64,000 nucleotides of DNA from Marsupella aquatica (GCA_973895155.1 OZ316893.1:1860860-1924859), one strand, 5' to 3'; numbered from the stretch's first letter, positions 11,851-26,102 are shown. The notes: generated by a model not told the origin, from the sequence alone. Made by a program: numbers and translations.

Positions 11851-13035
11851 ACGATCAGGAGAGCAAGGATTAGCGGTGAGGGGGGCCCTACAGCCTCAAT
11901 TTCTGCTCAAGCCCCACGACAGGACTTCCAAGGGTTTAGGTGGTGCTCTGTAGGAATGCCTACCCCTATTTCTTGTGTTGCAACCTTTATAGTAGTATAT
12001 TAATATATATATTTATAGAGTCCACAGAAATTCAAGATGGATGGGGTCTCTTAATTTGCTTGCTTTTACTTACATTGCCAGTAAAGATATTCCAATTTAC
12101 AATATTGTCATTGTTTTTATTGTATTTACCAAAATGCAATCATATTTGTATATTTCCACCTTGGTTACTTTGTTCAACTTGTCTAAAAGTAATTAATAGT
12201 TGTTTGCCAGAATGCTCTAATATACTTTTGCAACCTAGATGAACTCTAGTCAAACACATGTGTCCGTCCCTGTCTAAGGATTGAGCACTAAGGGGGGTGC
12301 AAAGATCTCAGTTTCTGTTCAAGCCCCAAAGTCAGGACTTAAGGTGCTCTGTCTGTGTCCCTCAAGGTGACAACGCAACACACGTTGGAATGCCCACCTC
12401 TCTTTTTTGTGTTGCAACCAATTTACCCACTAGAAGTCCACCAGAAATTGAAATGTGGGATGGACCTCCACATTTGCCAAAATGCTCTGCTGTTCATTTG
12501 CACCCATGATGGACTCCAGTGAAACACTCTTTTTTGTTCATATCTAAACTCTGTAATATACAATCTCACCTTTTTCCCTCATGGTCTGCGTAGGGAATAC
12601 ACTTTTGGAGTGAACTCATTATGAGTGTTAGGATTAAACCTTAAATTTTCCTCACCATGAGATCTGGTGAAAAGCAAAATAAAGAGCAAATCCTAGCTTG
12701 GGGCATAGATAGGCCTCCATCCACACCTAGACCCACTCACTAATCTCCATAAAAGGGTTCCAATCAGACATTGATTGTTGAGGATGAACACCAAACAAGG
12801 GAAAAGAAAAGCAAGTGCAAACCTAAAAACTGCAGAAAATGAAGGGAAGAGTGTCAAACACTGCATGAGTTCAAATTCAAGGACTACTCTCCACATTGAA
12901 AATTGTGACAAGAGCTAATAAGCCACATCCAATGTAGTAACTAAATAAGCAGTGGGACAGGATTGTACTAGTGCTACAAGCATGCCTCTTCGACACTTAG
13001 AAAAAACGTTGATTTATGGATTTTTTCGGGGCAGA

Positions 13036-13218
13036 GGACTTAGGAATTCCAGTGTCCTTGAATCACTTGAAACTTAGGAAAGCCACTAATGACTTTCGAG
13101 GAATAGTCTCCTTGAATCACTTGAAACTTAGGAAAGCCATTAATGACTTTCTCCTTGAATCACTTGAAACTTAGGAAAGCCATTAATGACTTTCCAGGGA
13201 CTAGTCTCCTTGAATCAC
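13036..13218. repeat. Short tandem array (~40-55-bp unit, 3-4 copies)
   Basis: ccttgaatcacttgaaacttaggaaagcca(c/t)taatgacttt repeated. Confidence 0.85.
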
Positions 13219-14922
13219 GAAACAGCGAGGACACTTCTGTACAATGTTGCACTGTCTTTACTCCTGCTACAGAACAGTCATTCTGAGAACAAAACAAAAT
13301 GATTCTGTGGCAACACGCCTGGTGGGCTGGTGCGTTTCTATTTGCCCTCTCGATCTGATCGAAAGTTACGAACGTCTTCTTCGTTGTTGTTTCTATTTGC
13401 CCTCTCGATCTGATCGAAAGTCACGAACGTCTTCTTCGTTGTTTCGAATGGAAAGAAATAACGATCAAACCTCGCTTGCCAGATTGTTCGGAGTTACTGT
13501 ACTTGTAAAGTGGTACAGCAACAAATTAATGCCGGAAGGAATGTGCAGAATCATTATGGTAAAGGAGATCCCAGAACCTGCGGATCCCACAGTTTCAAAA
13601 CAAATTTAAGTATTGAACAGCATCGATTTAATGTCAGGGGTTTGATCAATGACTTTTGGTTTGAGCTTATCGCAAGGGCGATCGGCGGAGCGGAGTATAA
13701 GTTGAATTGACGCAAATGACGGTGAAAATTGCTGCTGCTGCTGCAAAGTAGAGTTATCCTTCGAGCGCAACAAACTGAAAGTGAGCGGTATAAGTCAAAA
13801 CAGTAAGTATTAGCCCTCGAACCAATTCTACGAGCTCCATTTGACACTGTGAAACGCACCCAGCAACCCACCCAGCAGTAAATCGGAGATCTTTTTCATT
13901 ATGGTTTCGTCGCATCCTGATATGAGATACCATAGTGAACTGTTTAGTGGGTTAGCAGATAGGAGAGGGATTGGAATGGAAGGCCTGGAAGAGATCATTA
14001 TGGAACTAAAGCTGGGCACGGATTGTAAAGGAGCGGCAGAGACTGTTATCGTATCCTCATCCGGTCCAGCGACACAGTCAGAAAGCAAAAGCTATACTTA
14101 TCACACAGGAGGGTGCCCCGGTGCTTGGAGGCGACACGGTGTAAATCAGAAGGAGGAGTTCGCGGCTTCAAGTAACAGAAGCCTGCCTCTACTGTAGGTT
14201 GGCATTCTTCAAGAGTAGTAACCAGACTTTTGGCCTGGTACTGATGATTCCTTTCTGTCTGATTTGTGTGCAATACCCCTCGTTTTGCCGTGAACTTTTC
14301 CCAGTACTTATGGACAGCAGTGACAGTTTGTCCCGTGCTAATCTTGGCCGGGATTGAAATCCGGAGACGATTTTCTATACACTGACAGCGATGTAATTAA
14401 CGCAGAATTTAGACATTGATCAATGGGAGTGCTGCAGACCTCCCACGCACTGAGGACACGGGATCGAGATCGATGCCAAATCCCTTGTTACTGTTTTTTT
14501 GCCTTGAATTATCGATACCAAAACTGTCATGCCCTCAACGGAATGGGCTTAATGCCAAAAAGTCTCCCAAAGTACACGATATCACGGGAATTTCCCATAC
14601 ACAAACCGGAAAATGTGACTGTAGCAATCAACCATGACATACACACTAAGCTCGTTCGATTGAGAGCATGGAATGAAGCGCGATACGCCAGATAACAATT
14701 TGTCAAAGAGTGACTAGAATCATTGAAAACAAGACAGCACTAGTTCAGTGTTTACAAACCCACAAGATGTCACGAGTTTGTTCTTGATTAAATAGTACAG
14801 ACATATATACATGTCAGGTGCTGCATTACACATCATTTGAACAGATGATCTGAAAGAAAATTATGTACATACTGACGTATTTCAAACACCTGTTAGATCA
14901 AGGGTTGACTTTCTATACGAGC

Positions 14923-14923
<1 letters not shown>

Positions 14924-14974
<51 letters not shown>
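14924..14974. repeat. (CT)n microsatellite
   Basis: Uninterrupted TC run of about 50 bp, downstream of the TPR gene stop. Confidence 0.97.
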
Positions 14975-14977
<3 letters not shown>

Positions 14978-15192
14978 CTTGTCTCGAATCGACTTCGTCT
15001 GAAGAGAGGATTGAAAAAGCTGTAGTGTCCTCGGAACCAGCGTGCCCATGAAGACCAGGGCAAGGTTCATGAATATGCTTGCACACAACCCCATGATTGA
15101 GCAATACACGGCAGGTTTGGTGTTGGGCGGACTAATCTAAACCCAAAGTTCTTCCGTGATCTCAACCCAAAGTTCTTCGATCTGTCGATCAG

Positions 15193-17609
15193 TTATAATG
15201 CTGGCTTAAGGTGGCCAGATAAATCCTCATCGTCGTCACCATGCCATAAAAAATGTGCATAGCTTCCGGTGTGATATGGGTTTGTGGGATCTCTGGAAAT
15301 TGCTTCGCGGTATGCTTTGTCCGCCCTTCGACGATCCTTGAGCCCCAACCATAGAAAACTTGCCAAGCGTGCCAGGATGTCTCCGTCTTCGCGATCCACT
15401 CTCAAAGCTCGATGGAAAAATGCTTCAGCTCTGGAAAATGAAGGCAATGGAGACAATCTTAGCTAACAGGTTCATACGTTACGCGAGTAATCACACATGC
15501 AATCAAGCTCACCAGAAGGAGATGACAGGGAGCCAGGTAAAGTATGTTATAGTACAGAGCACTCAGAATGCAATCATTGCATGTTCATTAAAACCCTACA
15601 ACTTTCGACTCACAACACAAACACATCGAACCCGAACACACATACCTGACGTTATCATGGCGTACAGCATAAAGGAACTGAGCGTAATTTGCAAGTAGCA
15701 TGGGATTAGAAGGCTCGGCTGTGATAGCCTGCTGGTACTCGAGATCTGTTCGGTCAAAGCAGGCGTAGGCGTCCGACTCCATCTTCGTCGCCACAGGAGC
15801 CACTAATATCCTCAGCGTCTCCTGATCCAACTGAACGTGCTGATAAGGTTCTCCCGGTTTCAATTCCAATTCGCGGACTGTTTGCTCCAAGAGAACCCGG
15901 TAGGAGCGAAGGTGTCCACTGCTTCGGAGCTCCCCCTCACTCGGCAGTTGCCCTAGACCTGTCCAAGCTCTATTGGAACTCTTGTCATCGCTCACGCCCG
16001 GTGACTTCGGAGAAAACAGTGCCCCTAGAGTTTCTCTCGGCAAATTCAAAGTCCCACGGCCCCCCGAGCCGAAATCCGCGGAGTCAAAATCCTTCTCAGA
16101 GAACATTGCATTTCTTCCAGACCCTGCTCGAGAATGGTAGGAATCGCCGTCCTCTCCACCTGCAACGATAATTGATCCCCGGCCGACTCCCCCTGGCCCG
16201 TAGTTTCCAAAGCCATGTCCGGAAGAATCACTGGGGATGGGAGAAGGGTGGGCAGATCGGTCAAAACGAACATATGACAATCCACTCCACCTATCGGTTG
16301 CATTGGCAACGCCACCTCTCTCGACCTGAGTTTGCAATGTCGACACGAGTTCAGTGGGAGGCTCCGGCGCCATCACAGCCCCCATGGCAACGCTACTTCC
16401 AAGAGAAAACACTGTGAAGTTGGCTAGGAGGATCATTACGGAGACCATTAACGTCGGCGTACAAGAAAAAACTTGCTGGAAAAGCCACACGAATGAAGCA
16501 TGCATCTCCCTGTTGACCATCGACATAAGATGCTGGACATTCATATCTGAAACTAGAGTTTGCCGCAATTGAAGAGTGTAACTCTGCAGCTCCCGAATCA
16601 TGAAAACCATAGAATTGAACGCCTTATTTATAGCACAGACTCCTTCCCCTCCTCCCGCAGCTTGTCCACTGTTTCTCTTGCGCAAATTCCGTAGAGAATC
16701 TGGAATTGATGGGAATTGCCCTGAAGCTCCGATACCTAGAGGCACCTTTGCTGCCCTGCTGTCAAGGCTGTGCACTCGCATTGAATCATCGTCTCCGGAG
16801 CTGCACACCTTCGCTGTCTTGCGCTTCAATGACGCAGGCCTCGAGATGCTGTTAACTCCGTCCAGTTGCTGATCCACGAAGCTCAAATCCACTCTGTTGG
16901 ACGTTCCTGCTCCTCGAGGATGATGGTCGCTTCTGTCCATAAACTGCCTGTCTTTGACAAAACTTGGGGCTGTCACATCCACAGCTGATGACGCTCCGGC
17001 ACCTGCAGTAGAAACAGTACCCGACTCTTTTTCTCTCGTCCTGCCTTGAGACTCATAACGAGCTGACTCGCTTCTCGACCACCCCTCCCTGCCGATAGGT
17101 TGAGCAACATCTACATCTAACCGCTCAAAACCTTGGTAAGATTGCTCCGAGATCTCACAAAAGTCGTGATCCGGTCTCATCCATCTATCTCCAGGGAAGT
17201 CATCGAAGCGAGTGGCCCTCAGCATTAGCCCCCCGGCCTCGGATTTCCATCGAAACAAGCCCGACGTACAACCCTGTTCGGGAAATCCTTGGCACGACCT
17301 CAAAGACTCTGTCCGTGTTAGATTAGAAGAAGAGGGGCCCCGCCTCAGGCATGTCTCGATGCTCCGTGGACCTAGGCTAGGAAACCCGGTTGGAAGAGCC
17401 CCTCCATTTGCACTCGCTCTATGGGAAGCTTGCCGCGTCCGAGATGACGATCCGCGAGAGCAGAAATCAGATGCATCTGAAGAACGCCGTGCACAAGGAT
17501 TTCGCTGACCATCAATCACAGCATCAACCAACAGACAAGGACGCGAGACGGGCCGGGGAGAAGACCCTGAGAGGAGTTGCCATTGAGCCGGTAGAGCCTC
17601 CAAACCCAT
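15193..17609 (-). CDS. Plant TPR-like superfamily protein (At1g07280/At2g29670-type), ~733 aa
   Basis: Exons 17609-15646 and 15430-15193 (GT-AG, phase 2). Conserved block KAFNSMVFMIRELQS...SFVWLFQQVFSCTPTLMVSVMILLANFTV. C-terminal TPRs PSNPMLLANYAQFLY..HDNVRAEAFFHRAL...YAHFLW. Confidence 0.9.
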
Positions 17610-19070
17610 ACTCTAGCTTTTCCGTCTCCAATCCGACTGTAGCTGCGAAGGAGAAGCCAATGTGGCTTCAACGCCTTTGTCACCCGGTCATCCAAAAAGA
17701 ACTTCGTCAAAAATTCCTTAAGAATTTGCAACACGACATTAATTCAATATAGGGCTCTCGTCTCGATGAATTTCTTTCCACAAGATCATAAGCAGCATCA
17801 TCTTCAGGTAGAGCATCTGGATCCCATTCCTCCTCGGTAACCACTGCAGAAGGGGGTCCCGGCTGGTATCCTCCGTTACAATCACCTGAAATTTGACAAC
17901 CACTAGAAAGTAAGAGACGAGAAACCATCAATAATAACCACTTTCATCCGCCAATAGTTTACGCTGAGCTCCAAAAGATTTCGACGCTGTGGGCAGATTT
18001 GTCCAACTAAAATATTTCAAACCAAAGAACAGCAGACCTGTGTGGAGAGCGATAACTTTCGAAATCGCAGTCAGCCAGACGCCTAGGCTAAGTGCAATAT
18101 ACAAATAGTGCGCCGCGATTGCATGCAGACCATAGCAATAACTTCATGGTAAGCAATGGGAAGTGCTTTCCACTAACGAGGTAATTGTCCTGGAGGGATC
18201 ACCTAAAATAACGCTCAGGCGGCTCCTCCGATAATCAGCTACAAAATCGGTGCTCGTAAACGACCCTCTCCTCTCGTTTTCCTGCGGATTTATCCTTCCA
18301 ATAAGATTTTCGATCTCGCTCTCTTCGCCTATGAAGTGGTTCGAGATTCCCTCCGCAGTGGACCTTCTCTCTCCGCGCACTTGTGCGTGAGCTTGGGGTC
18401 TCTTTCCGTAGGTCGCGCTGGCTCCACGGCTAACCTAACAACTCAGCAAATTCCAACTCGTCACTTCGAAGCTCCGAAAATAGGAAGATGACTTCTCAGC
18501 CGCTGCTACGCGTAACAAGGACAGCGTCCGAATTCCACCTCCTGCTCTACTAATTTTCTGTAGTACAGTCGTAGTGACAAGCTTTTCGCGTCTCGCGCTC
18601 TGAAAACCGCCGTCCCAGAAACCCCAGAAATGTCAAGAAGCACTGTCCAGTGAAGTCGTCAAAAACCCCAATCTCTCACTCTTCCACTCACTCAACTCAC
18701 TCACCAGCTCGCCTGACCTTGGGCAAAAATATCGAATTAGCACGGTCTGTATCCCACATGGCTCATCAAGCTCACCTCACGCCTCACGGGCAGAAATCCA
18801 AAACACCCGTCCTGATATTTCTCGAGGATTTCGCATCCCTCGCCTTGAAAACGAAGTGCAAAGCAAAACCTGATAAATGATTCCTCGCCTCCCGTAGAAA
18901 TCTCCAACACCCGCAAAAGACGAATCAACGGTACCCCTGATAAAGGGACTGTCTCCTCTCTCCCCCGATCTGCTCCCCGCCTCTGCAGAGCGGTAAACCT
19001 CGATGGCGAACTATCTTCGCCGCAGGAGATGGCCTCCTCTCGGGCCTTCACCTCGGACGCTTGTCGTCGT

Positions 19071-19395
19071 CATCGTCTTCGTCGTCTCCCACTCTTCTTC
19101 CCATTACACTAGTCTGTATTACACTAGCCTTCTTCGTCGTCTTCGGTACTCTTCTTCCCATTACACTGGTCTGTATTACACTAGTCTTCTTCGTCGTCTT
19201 CGTCTTCTCCTACTCTTCTTCCCATTACACTAGTCTTCTTTGTCGTCTTCGTCTTCTCGTACTCTTCTTCCCCTTACACTGGTCTGTATTACACTAGTCT
19301 GTTGGTAGTCATCCGAACGCTCTGCCTCTTCTTCGTCGTCTTCGTCTTCTCGTACTCTTCTTCCCATTACACTAGTCTGTTGCTCTGCCTTTTCT
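19071..19395. repeat. CT-rich tandem array at the probable 5' end of the TPR transcript
   Basis: tactcttcttcccattacactagtct...cttcgtcgtcttcgtc repeated about 5 times. Confidence 0.9.
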
Positions 19396-19594
19396 ACTAG
19401 TACTGTAGATCCGTAGGAATTCCATCGTCTGCCAATTGAATTACACATTTACACGGGAAGAACGGGTCCAGCGACTTCACCAGCCCGGGCTTTGGTGGTA
19501 CTGGCCGATTGGTTCTCGAGTTTCATGACGTCAGTCTGCCACTCCCCCCACCCGTTTCAGGACGGCCCCCCACTTGTTAAGACGTCAGGGTGAT

Positions 19595-19810
19595 TGTTCA
19601 TTGTTCACCCTTTGGGGCAGTAAGCTGCTGCCACGATAACACTTTTGCTTATCAGTATAAGCTCATAATGTTGACTATAATCTACACTGTACACATAGAC
19701 TAGTCCCATTGTTCATTCTTTGGGCAGTAAGCTGCTGCCACGATAACACTTTACTTATCAGTATATCTCATAATGTTGACTATAATCTAGATTGTACACA
19801 GACTAGCCCC
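19595..19810. repeat. ~110-bp tandem duplication
   Basis: ttgttca..tttgggcagtaagctgctgccacgataacacttt..cttatcagtat...ataatgttgactataatcta..tgtacaca..gactag x2. Confidence 0.85.
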
Positions 19811-20339
19811 ATGACCCTTACCTACACATAAATAGATATGCAGAAAAATGTTGCATAATATTAATACTATTTTGGTCAGTCTTTGCCCCATCCGTGTTTG
19901 TTGTCCATATTCATTTCAGATTTATCTTTATTTAGAGTCAATGTCAGTTTTGTTCAAACTTATTAAAAAAATTGACTTTATTGAACTTGATTATCAGTTT
20001 TGTCGGGTGTGCTCTTAGCTGTATAATGTTTATTCCTCTTCTGCAGCATGCAAATTCAGGCTGGCTCTCACTCTCCTTCTCTGCACGCGGATTTCACTTG
20101 TCTCCTCCTCCACTTCCTGTTATCGATTTTATTTCCACACGACCTCCATTATGTGTCATCTATTTAGTTTCCATCTTGGATTTGAGGACAAGCATGGCCA
20201 CTGAGCACGTCGATGTCGGAAAACTCTATTCCGATTCTTTGCCTGTGAAAAACAAAATTACTCCAAACATTGCAAACTGGCAGACTACAAACGTGAGAAG
20301 TGTAAGGAGGCATATCGACCTCGTCACAAGCATCTCGGG

Positions 20340-20940
20340 CAGCATGCTTGACTGCCAAGCTCTTACGGCCTTCATAACTACAGATTGTTCCTCGCCCCAT
20401 AAGCTGTCAAGTCCGCTCCCGGTACTCGTCGCTATTGACATCAATCTTCTTGCAAGCACCCGCAATTCATCCAGTTTTTTCTTGAATGCCCACCATAGAA
20501 ACCTTCATGCGATGAAGTTTCTTCTGTGCACGAAGAGAAACCGCCAACCCATGGCGTGCACCCTGCATTTCTGCTATCCCCCTTTGTATCTCTCCAGCTT
20601 CTGCAAACAAATATGATTCCATCGCCAAAATTAAGTTTAGTGATGGTAGGCCTAGACTGCTTCTTTCTCCAAGCAAAGTCCCAGGGCCACTCCCTTCTCC
20701 AGTCATACCGTGTATCTTCTCGTTTCCATTGTTGGGCATTGCCATCTTTCCTAAGATCTGGAAGTGTAAAACGTGCACTATCCAACTGGCAAGTATTCAA
20801 ACGGAAGCTTCTTCTTTTTTGTATTGAGGTCTTGAGTGACGAGTGGTGACTGTGTATATCCCAAAAAGCTGGCGCAATTTCTTCTTGAGGCAGCATCCCC
20901 AACTGCCAAGCTCTTACAGCCTTCATAACTATAGACTGTT
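20340..20940 (-). pseudogene. Decayed hAT transposase C-terminal (dimerisation-domain) fragment
   Basis: Minus strand about 20500-20340 reads LWWAFKKKLDELRVLARRLMSIATST...VMKAVRAW, matching the hAT WW-x-L-xx-LAR-x-L-x-I-x-S pattern. The final ~40 bp recur at about 20902-20940. Confidence 0.6.
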
Positions 20941-21564
20941 CATAACTTAGACTATAAAGTGGTTATAGTCCAATTTCTTAGAATTATTTCTAAATTATTC
21001 TCATAAGAGGGTGAGGAGCTCAAGAAAATGAGAAAAATTTTGGGCTACAATAAGATAAGAGTTTGATGCTCTTTTGTGACCCCAAAATATCTAGGTATGG
21101 AACAAGAAAAATATGATAGTAATGTCATACCCTACTATATAAATTGGCCTAATTTAATGTGTTTAAAGTTATGAAGATTAAACTTTTGGATTAAGTCTGG
21201 GAACAAATCTCATAATAGCTCCACATGTAAAAGAAATTGAGATCAATTTAACATCTTAATATGATATCATCTCTAATTTAGTACCTAATTGTTATCTCAA
21301 TAGTCCTAAAATTTTGTGTAGAATGTATAGTAGCACCAGACCCTATCATAAATCATATTTATTTGATCTATTGATTGATAAAAAGAGCAAGTGCTATTAT
21401 CAAATGACACCTTCATGTGTAAGGACATCCATCATGTTTGAAGGAAAATTTGGCAAAAAAGTCAACTACAAGAAGTAATAGACATGAACCCATAAAAAAT
21501 AAGCAAAATAAATTTAAAAATAAATAAATATTAGTAGCATCAGGAGCTGGTAATATCGATCATA

Positions 21565-22076
21565 CACTGTTTACCGTAATAAGTTAGTGTTACTACGGAA
21601 ATAGTGTGAGTAACACTAATATGTGAGTAGAGGAGTATTGGAGCTCACTAACTATGGAACATGCTAACATAGCACAAAAATCAATCATTTCTATGAAAAC
21701 GCACAGTAGAATGTTTTATAAATAATTGATTAATGTAAATCTCATGGTGTAGTTGGGCTCTCTCAATTTAATGTATGTTTTGTCCACGCTATTGTCCAAA
21801 AATTCAACAATTTCATATCATCAACTCACATTTTTCACACCCAAATAGTGTGACTACTATTACAAACAAGATACATGGTTTCATGCAACATTTTTTATAT
21901 CAATAGCCACTCCATAAATAATGTGAGTTGATTTCCATAATTAGTGTTACTGGTAACACTAATTGAATCATTCACAATTACTTTTAATACAAATTTAGTG
22001 TTAGTAAGACTATTTCAAGAGGGATTCAAATTTTTCCTAGCTACACAATTAGTGTCACTAACTACGGTAAACAGTG
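21565..22076. mobile_element. MITE, 512 bp, 14-bp perfect TIR CACTGTTTACCGTA flanked by TA
   Basis: TA|cactgtttaccgta (21565-21578) ... tacggtaaacagtg|TA (22063-22076). The similarity extends inward with gttagtg after a 4-bp indel. The interior is AT-rich and non-coding. Confidence 0.8.
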
Positions 22077-22259
22077 TACATAGCTTGATCCTCTCTAGGA
22101 ATTATATTATTTAAAGAATTTTTATATAAAAATTGGGCTAAATTTGGTATAAAAATTTTAAAATATTACTAGTTGTCAAGAGCTGGTAATATTTAAGTCA
22201 GCAAGACACTCCAAAATGATACCATATGTGCGCATTTTTACCAAAAAATAGTAAGCAAA

Positions 22260-22612
22260 GAGTAACAAAAATGATGAAATATTACTAGCACCAAGAGTTA
22301 ATAATGTCACATCCACTTGGACCCTCCAGAATGAGAGTATTTTAAGCATGTTACATAAAAGATAGGCAAAAGGGTAACAAAAGTGAAGGAGCATTACTAG
22401 CACCAGGAGCTAGTAATATCACACCAGTTGGATCCTTCAAAATAACACCATGAAAATGAATAAACATTACTAGTAATATCACACTCGCTTGGACCCTTTG
22501 CAATAACATCATGTTGAGTGTATTCATGAGAGACAATTAAGCAAATTAGGATATAAAAATAAATGAACATTACTAGTGCCGAGAGCTAGTAATGTCACAC
22601 TTGTTCGGACCC
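22260..22612. repeat. Degenerate tandem array with quasi-palindromic unit attactagcaccaggagctagtaat
   Basis: Units at about 22281, 22393, 22465 and 22569. A further copy at about 21530 is interrupted by the MITE. Confidence 0.75.
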
Positions 22613-25600
22613 GGAGAAAATTACAAGAGAAATTTTACACAAAAAAATTAAACACTGGCCCAAACTCTATAGAGAAATATGTTTTTGAGACTATTAGCTT
22701 TAATTGTTTAGTGTTATACTATCTATTGCATCAATAGTATTATTGTTTTATATCTTGTGTTTGCTATAGTTGGTAAATACACCAAAGGATATTTTAGAAG
22801 GTCATGTAATTCTGCAAGTAATAAAGAAATATCTATGTAAATGAGACCTCACTAAAGAGGACTCTTTTTTAGCATTGGATGATACTATGGGATATGAACA
22901 AAATGAGTAAAGCCTAAAGGATATATTTTGATTGACGCCAGGCGCTGCTATAAATTTTGGTCAAAAGCAATGACTCTAATTATCACATTGATTACATTAG
23001 TTTATGGTGCTACTATATTATATCATCGTTTGTTATGTTTTAATGATTATATTTATCAATAATATTATCCAATATATATGTCACGGTTATTGACCTGATT
23101 ACTACCAAAAACAAACATAGCATTCTCTAATAGTTTTTGGGGAGGTCACCTCCATGAAAGTGGTATATCACGTGCGACAAAATATAAACTCATATAAATG
23201 GGTGTGACGGAAGACTTCCAACGTTTTGTGCAAAAATATATAGCACATATTTTATTAAATGGTTGGCTTTAAGAAACACATAGACCTATTTAATTATTAT
23301 AACTATTTTCTTTAATGTTTTTAGGGGTTTTTAGTAAAAAATGACAAAATTTAACGAAAGAAAGGGTTTTGCAAGAAAATATATTTCACATAGAAGTTAG
23401 GGGGATCAAATCCTAAAATGTTGCACGTATGGCCCTCCATATAGCTAGTAACCCCCCAAGAGACGGTTCAATCAAAATTTATAATATGTCAAACCCTCTA
23501 TCATTGTTTAGAGCATTGAAATGACCAAAGTGTGTTGCATTTGATAGCAAGAGTATACCTTTTCGCTCACATCACTCTTTGTGAGGATGTTAACCTTTGG
23601 TCAATCCCCACATTCACAATCTTCTAGGGAGTATTTTGGAAGATGCATGGATCCTTTGCTATGACTGCTCATTTATTGGTAGTTTGTCAATACTAAGTAG
23701 ATGTCCAAATTAAAGTAGGATTCAACACTATTCAAGTTAGTTTGAGCATGATAATTGGAGTGTCTAAAAGGAAATAAACTTTTGTGTCGTACATCTTTAT
23801 ATAGTTTTGTCAGTGTGCACGATAGTTTTGAGCACATTGGGAAAGAGCAAGAAGGGTCATAGCAACCAAGGCATATTTAATTGCTCAGTACTAGGTGGAG
23901 GGCAACATCCCCCCTCCTAGCCCACCAACCGCTCCCCTCCTCTCCCTCCCTTTCTTTTTGTTCCATTGCATATGCATCGCAGAATTGTCATTGTGATCAT
24001 CTAGTCATTGCAACCATTTGGTTGTCTTTTTGTTCCATTGCATAGCAGAATTGTCATTGTGATCATCTAGTCATTGCAACCATTTGGTTGTTGCAGCCAT
24101 GTTATTACCTTGGCCATGTAGTTGTGAGGGTCATGTTGTTGTTGCAGAAATGCAGTTGTTTTGGTCAGATTTTTTATGCACCCATGTGATCAAGGTCATG
24201 GCCTGCACATGGTATCATTGGTGTGAGGGTAGTGGACAAGAGGAGGGTCACATGCGGTGAGGGTGCATGGACAAGAGGAGGGGGCTCGGTAGGACAATTT
24301 AACAGAATCCAAACTTGGTCCTGCACAGAGATTTTGTTATGTGTCTTCTCTTTTGCATTGTCTTTTTCATCTGTTTGTTTGTTTCCATTTTGTCTATTTG
24401 TTTGGTTGTAGTTTTGATACTTTGGGGTATTTTTTGTTGTTTTTCATGGTGGGCAGGCACCTCAGGCAGGCATACAGAGCAGCCGGCACAGCACAAACAG
24501 CACAAGAGGCAATGTGGTACAGGACTCATTCCAAGTGAAGAGAGGGGTACTTGTATACCTCACCTCAATCCAATCCCGCACAGGAGGGTGTACCTCGCCA
24601 GCCAAGGGCAGGGCAAGCAAGGATGGTGCATTGAGGGCCTCATTTGTCTGATCTAATGGTAGGGGAAAAATGCCAAGCAATCTAACGGTCAGTACGAGTT
24701 CCGTTCGTTCCCACTCCTAGCTTAAGCCTTCTCTCCAATCAAACCAATAAACGTTTCATTTTAGATTAGAAGTTCCCAAGCTGGACAAGGAGAACAATCT
24801 CATTATTAGTTTCTCGACTCATCACAAAGTGGTCATTGTTCTTGCCAGGCTATTTTAATATGTAAGGAGGGAAATGCCAATCAGTAGTTTCTCGACTCAT
24901 CACAAGGTGGTCATTGTTCTCGCCAGGCCATTCAATACGTAAGGAGGGAATGCCAACCTTCTCCTGGAGCTTCCTGTCTCGCTGGGCCTTTTATATCTTT
25001 CTAATTTCCTCCTGCGCAGCATCATGGGCAGCAGTTGGATTGAATCCTATACACCCCAAGAATTCATCGTCCACTTTTAGCTTCATGAGACGACTATAGA
25101 AAAAAAAAGATATCCTGCATAAACACAAGAGACGTCGGACACATATCAACACATTGATAGTCAATATGAACTCGACGAGTGTAATGAAATCCATTCCACT
25201 AGCTCGGGCAAGCAATACATCCAAGCTTTGACTAAAGCAACACATCCTTCTCCTTAGCAAAGAGAACAATCTGAACTTCTACGAGGAGACAGACACAGAT
25301 ACGAAGAGGACAAATGGGCCAAGTTATATGATAATTCTCAGAAATTCATCTACCCGCCTAGATGCAAGGATTGGAAACCTGGACAAGGCAAGCATGCATG
25401 GAGATGGAGATTCAACTCCATGCAGTTACTAACATGGCCAGGTAGATCATAACCAAATGATTAGGTTTTGGTGTTGGAAAAAATGGATCAATAACGTCAC
25501 TGCTCAACTGGCCCAGTCCTGTCTTCTCCCTCTACAACACATGACACACTTGCCTAAGACAGAAAAGGAGAAAAACAACTTCATCACGTTCAAAGCCAGA

Positions 25601-26072
25601 TAAAGCTTTTTGGAAGGGACATCATCGTTATTATGTATTCGAGAGTGGCGTTGCAATTCTTAAAGTTATCTGCACGGCCAATACTTAATTCTCTCCATTC
25701 TTAGGGCAAAGAAGGATCTGTTTCCCTTGATTCCCATGCGGCATAACGTCGTGCACACAAATATTTCTTCATCCTAGGGCCCCGAAGGAAAGTTATTTGG
25801 CTTTAAAGGATCCAAAGTAGACTAGTAAGCGCTGAAAGCGTAAATGTCTTTACAACGCACCATATCAGCCAGAACACGCTCCCCGCGCACTACGTGCCTG
25901 GGTCCGAGGGTGCATAAACAAGTTCAGACGGTCTAAGGTTGAGATTATACTTGATAGATGCTAGATATAATCTAAGGTAAAGTTCAATGTCTTCTGTCAT
26001 TAATCTGTGCTCAGAATCAATCAGCTTCTCACAATTATGAACTGCATTGTTCATTGACTCTTTGTTTCCTGC

Positions 26073-26102
26073 CCAATCCAATCCAATCCAATCCAATCCA
26101 AT
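26073..26102. repeat. (CCAAT)6 pentanucleotide repeat
   Basis: ccaatccaatccaatccaatccaatccaat. Confidence 0.9.

Noticed and set aside
19972-20616. 214-aa plus-strand ORF
   Set aside because: Non-ATG start, and it is antisense to the hAT transposase remnant.
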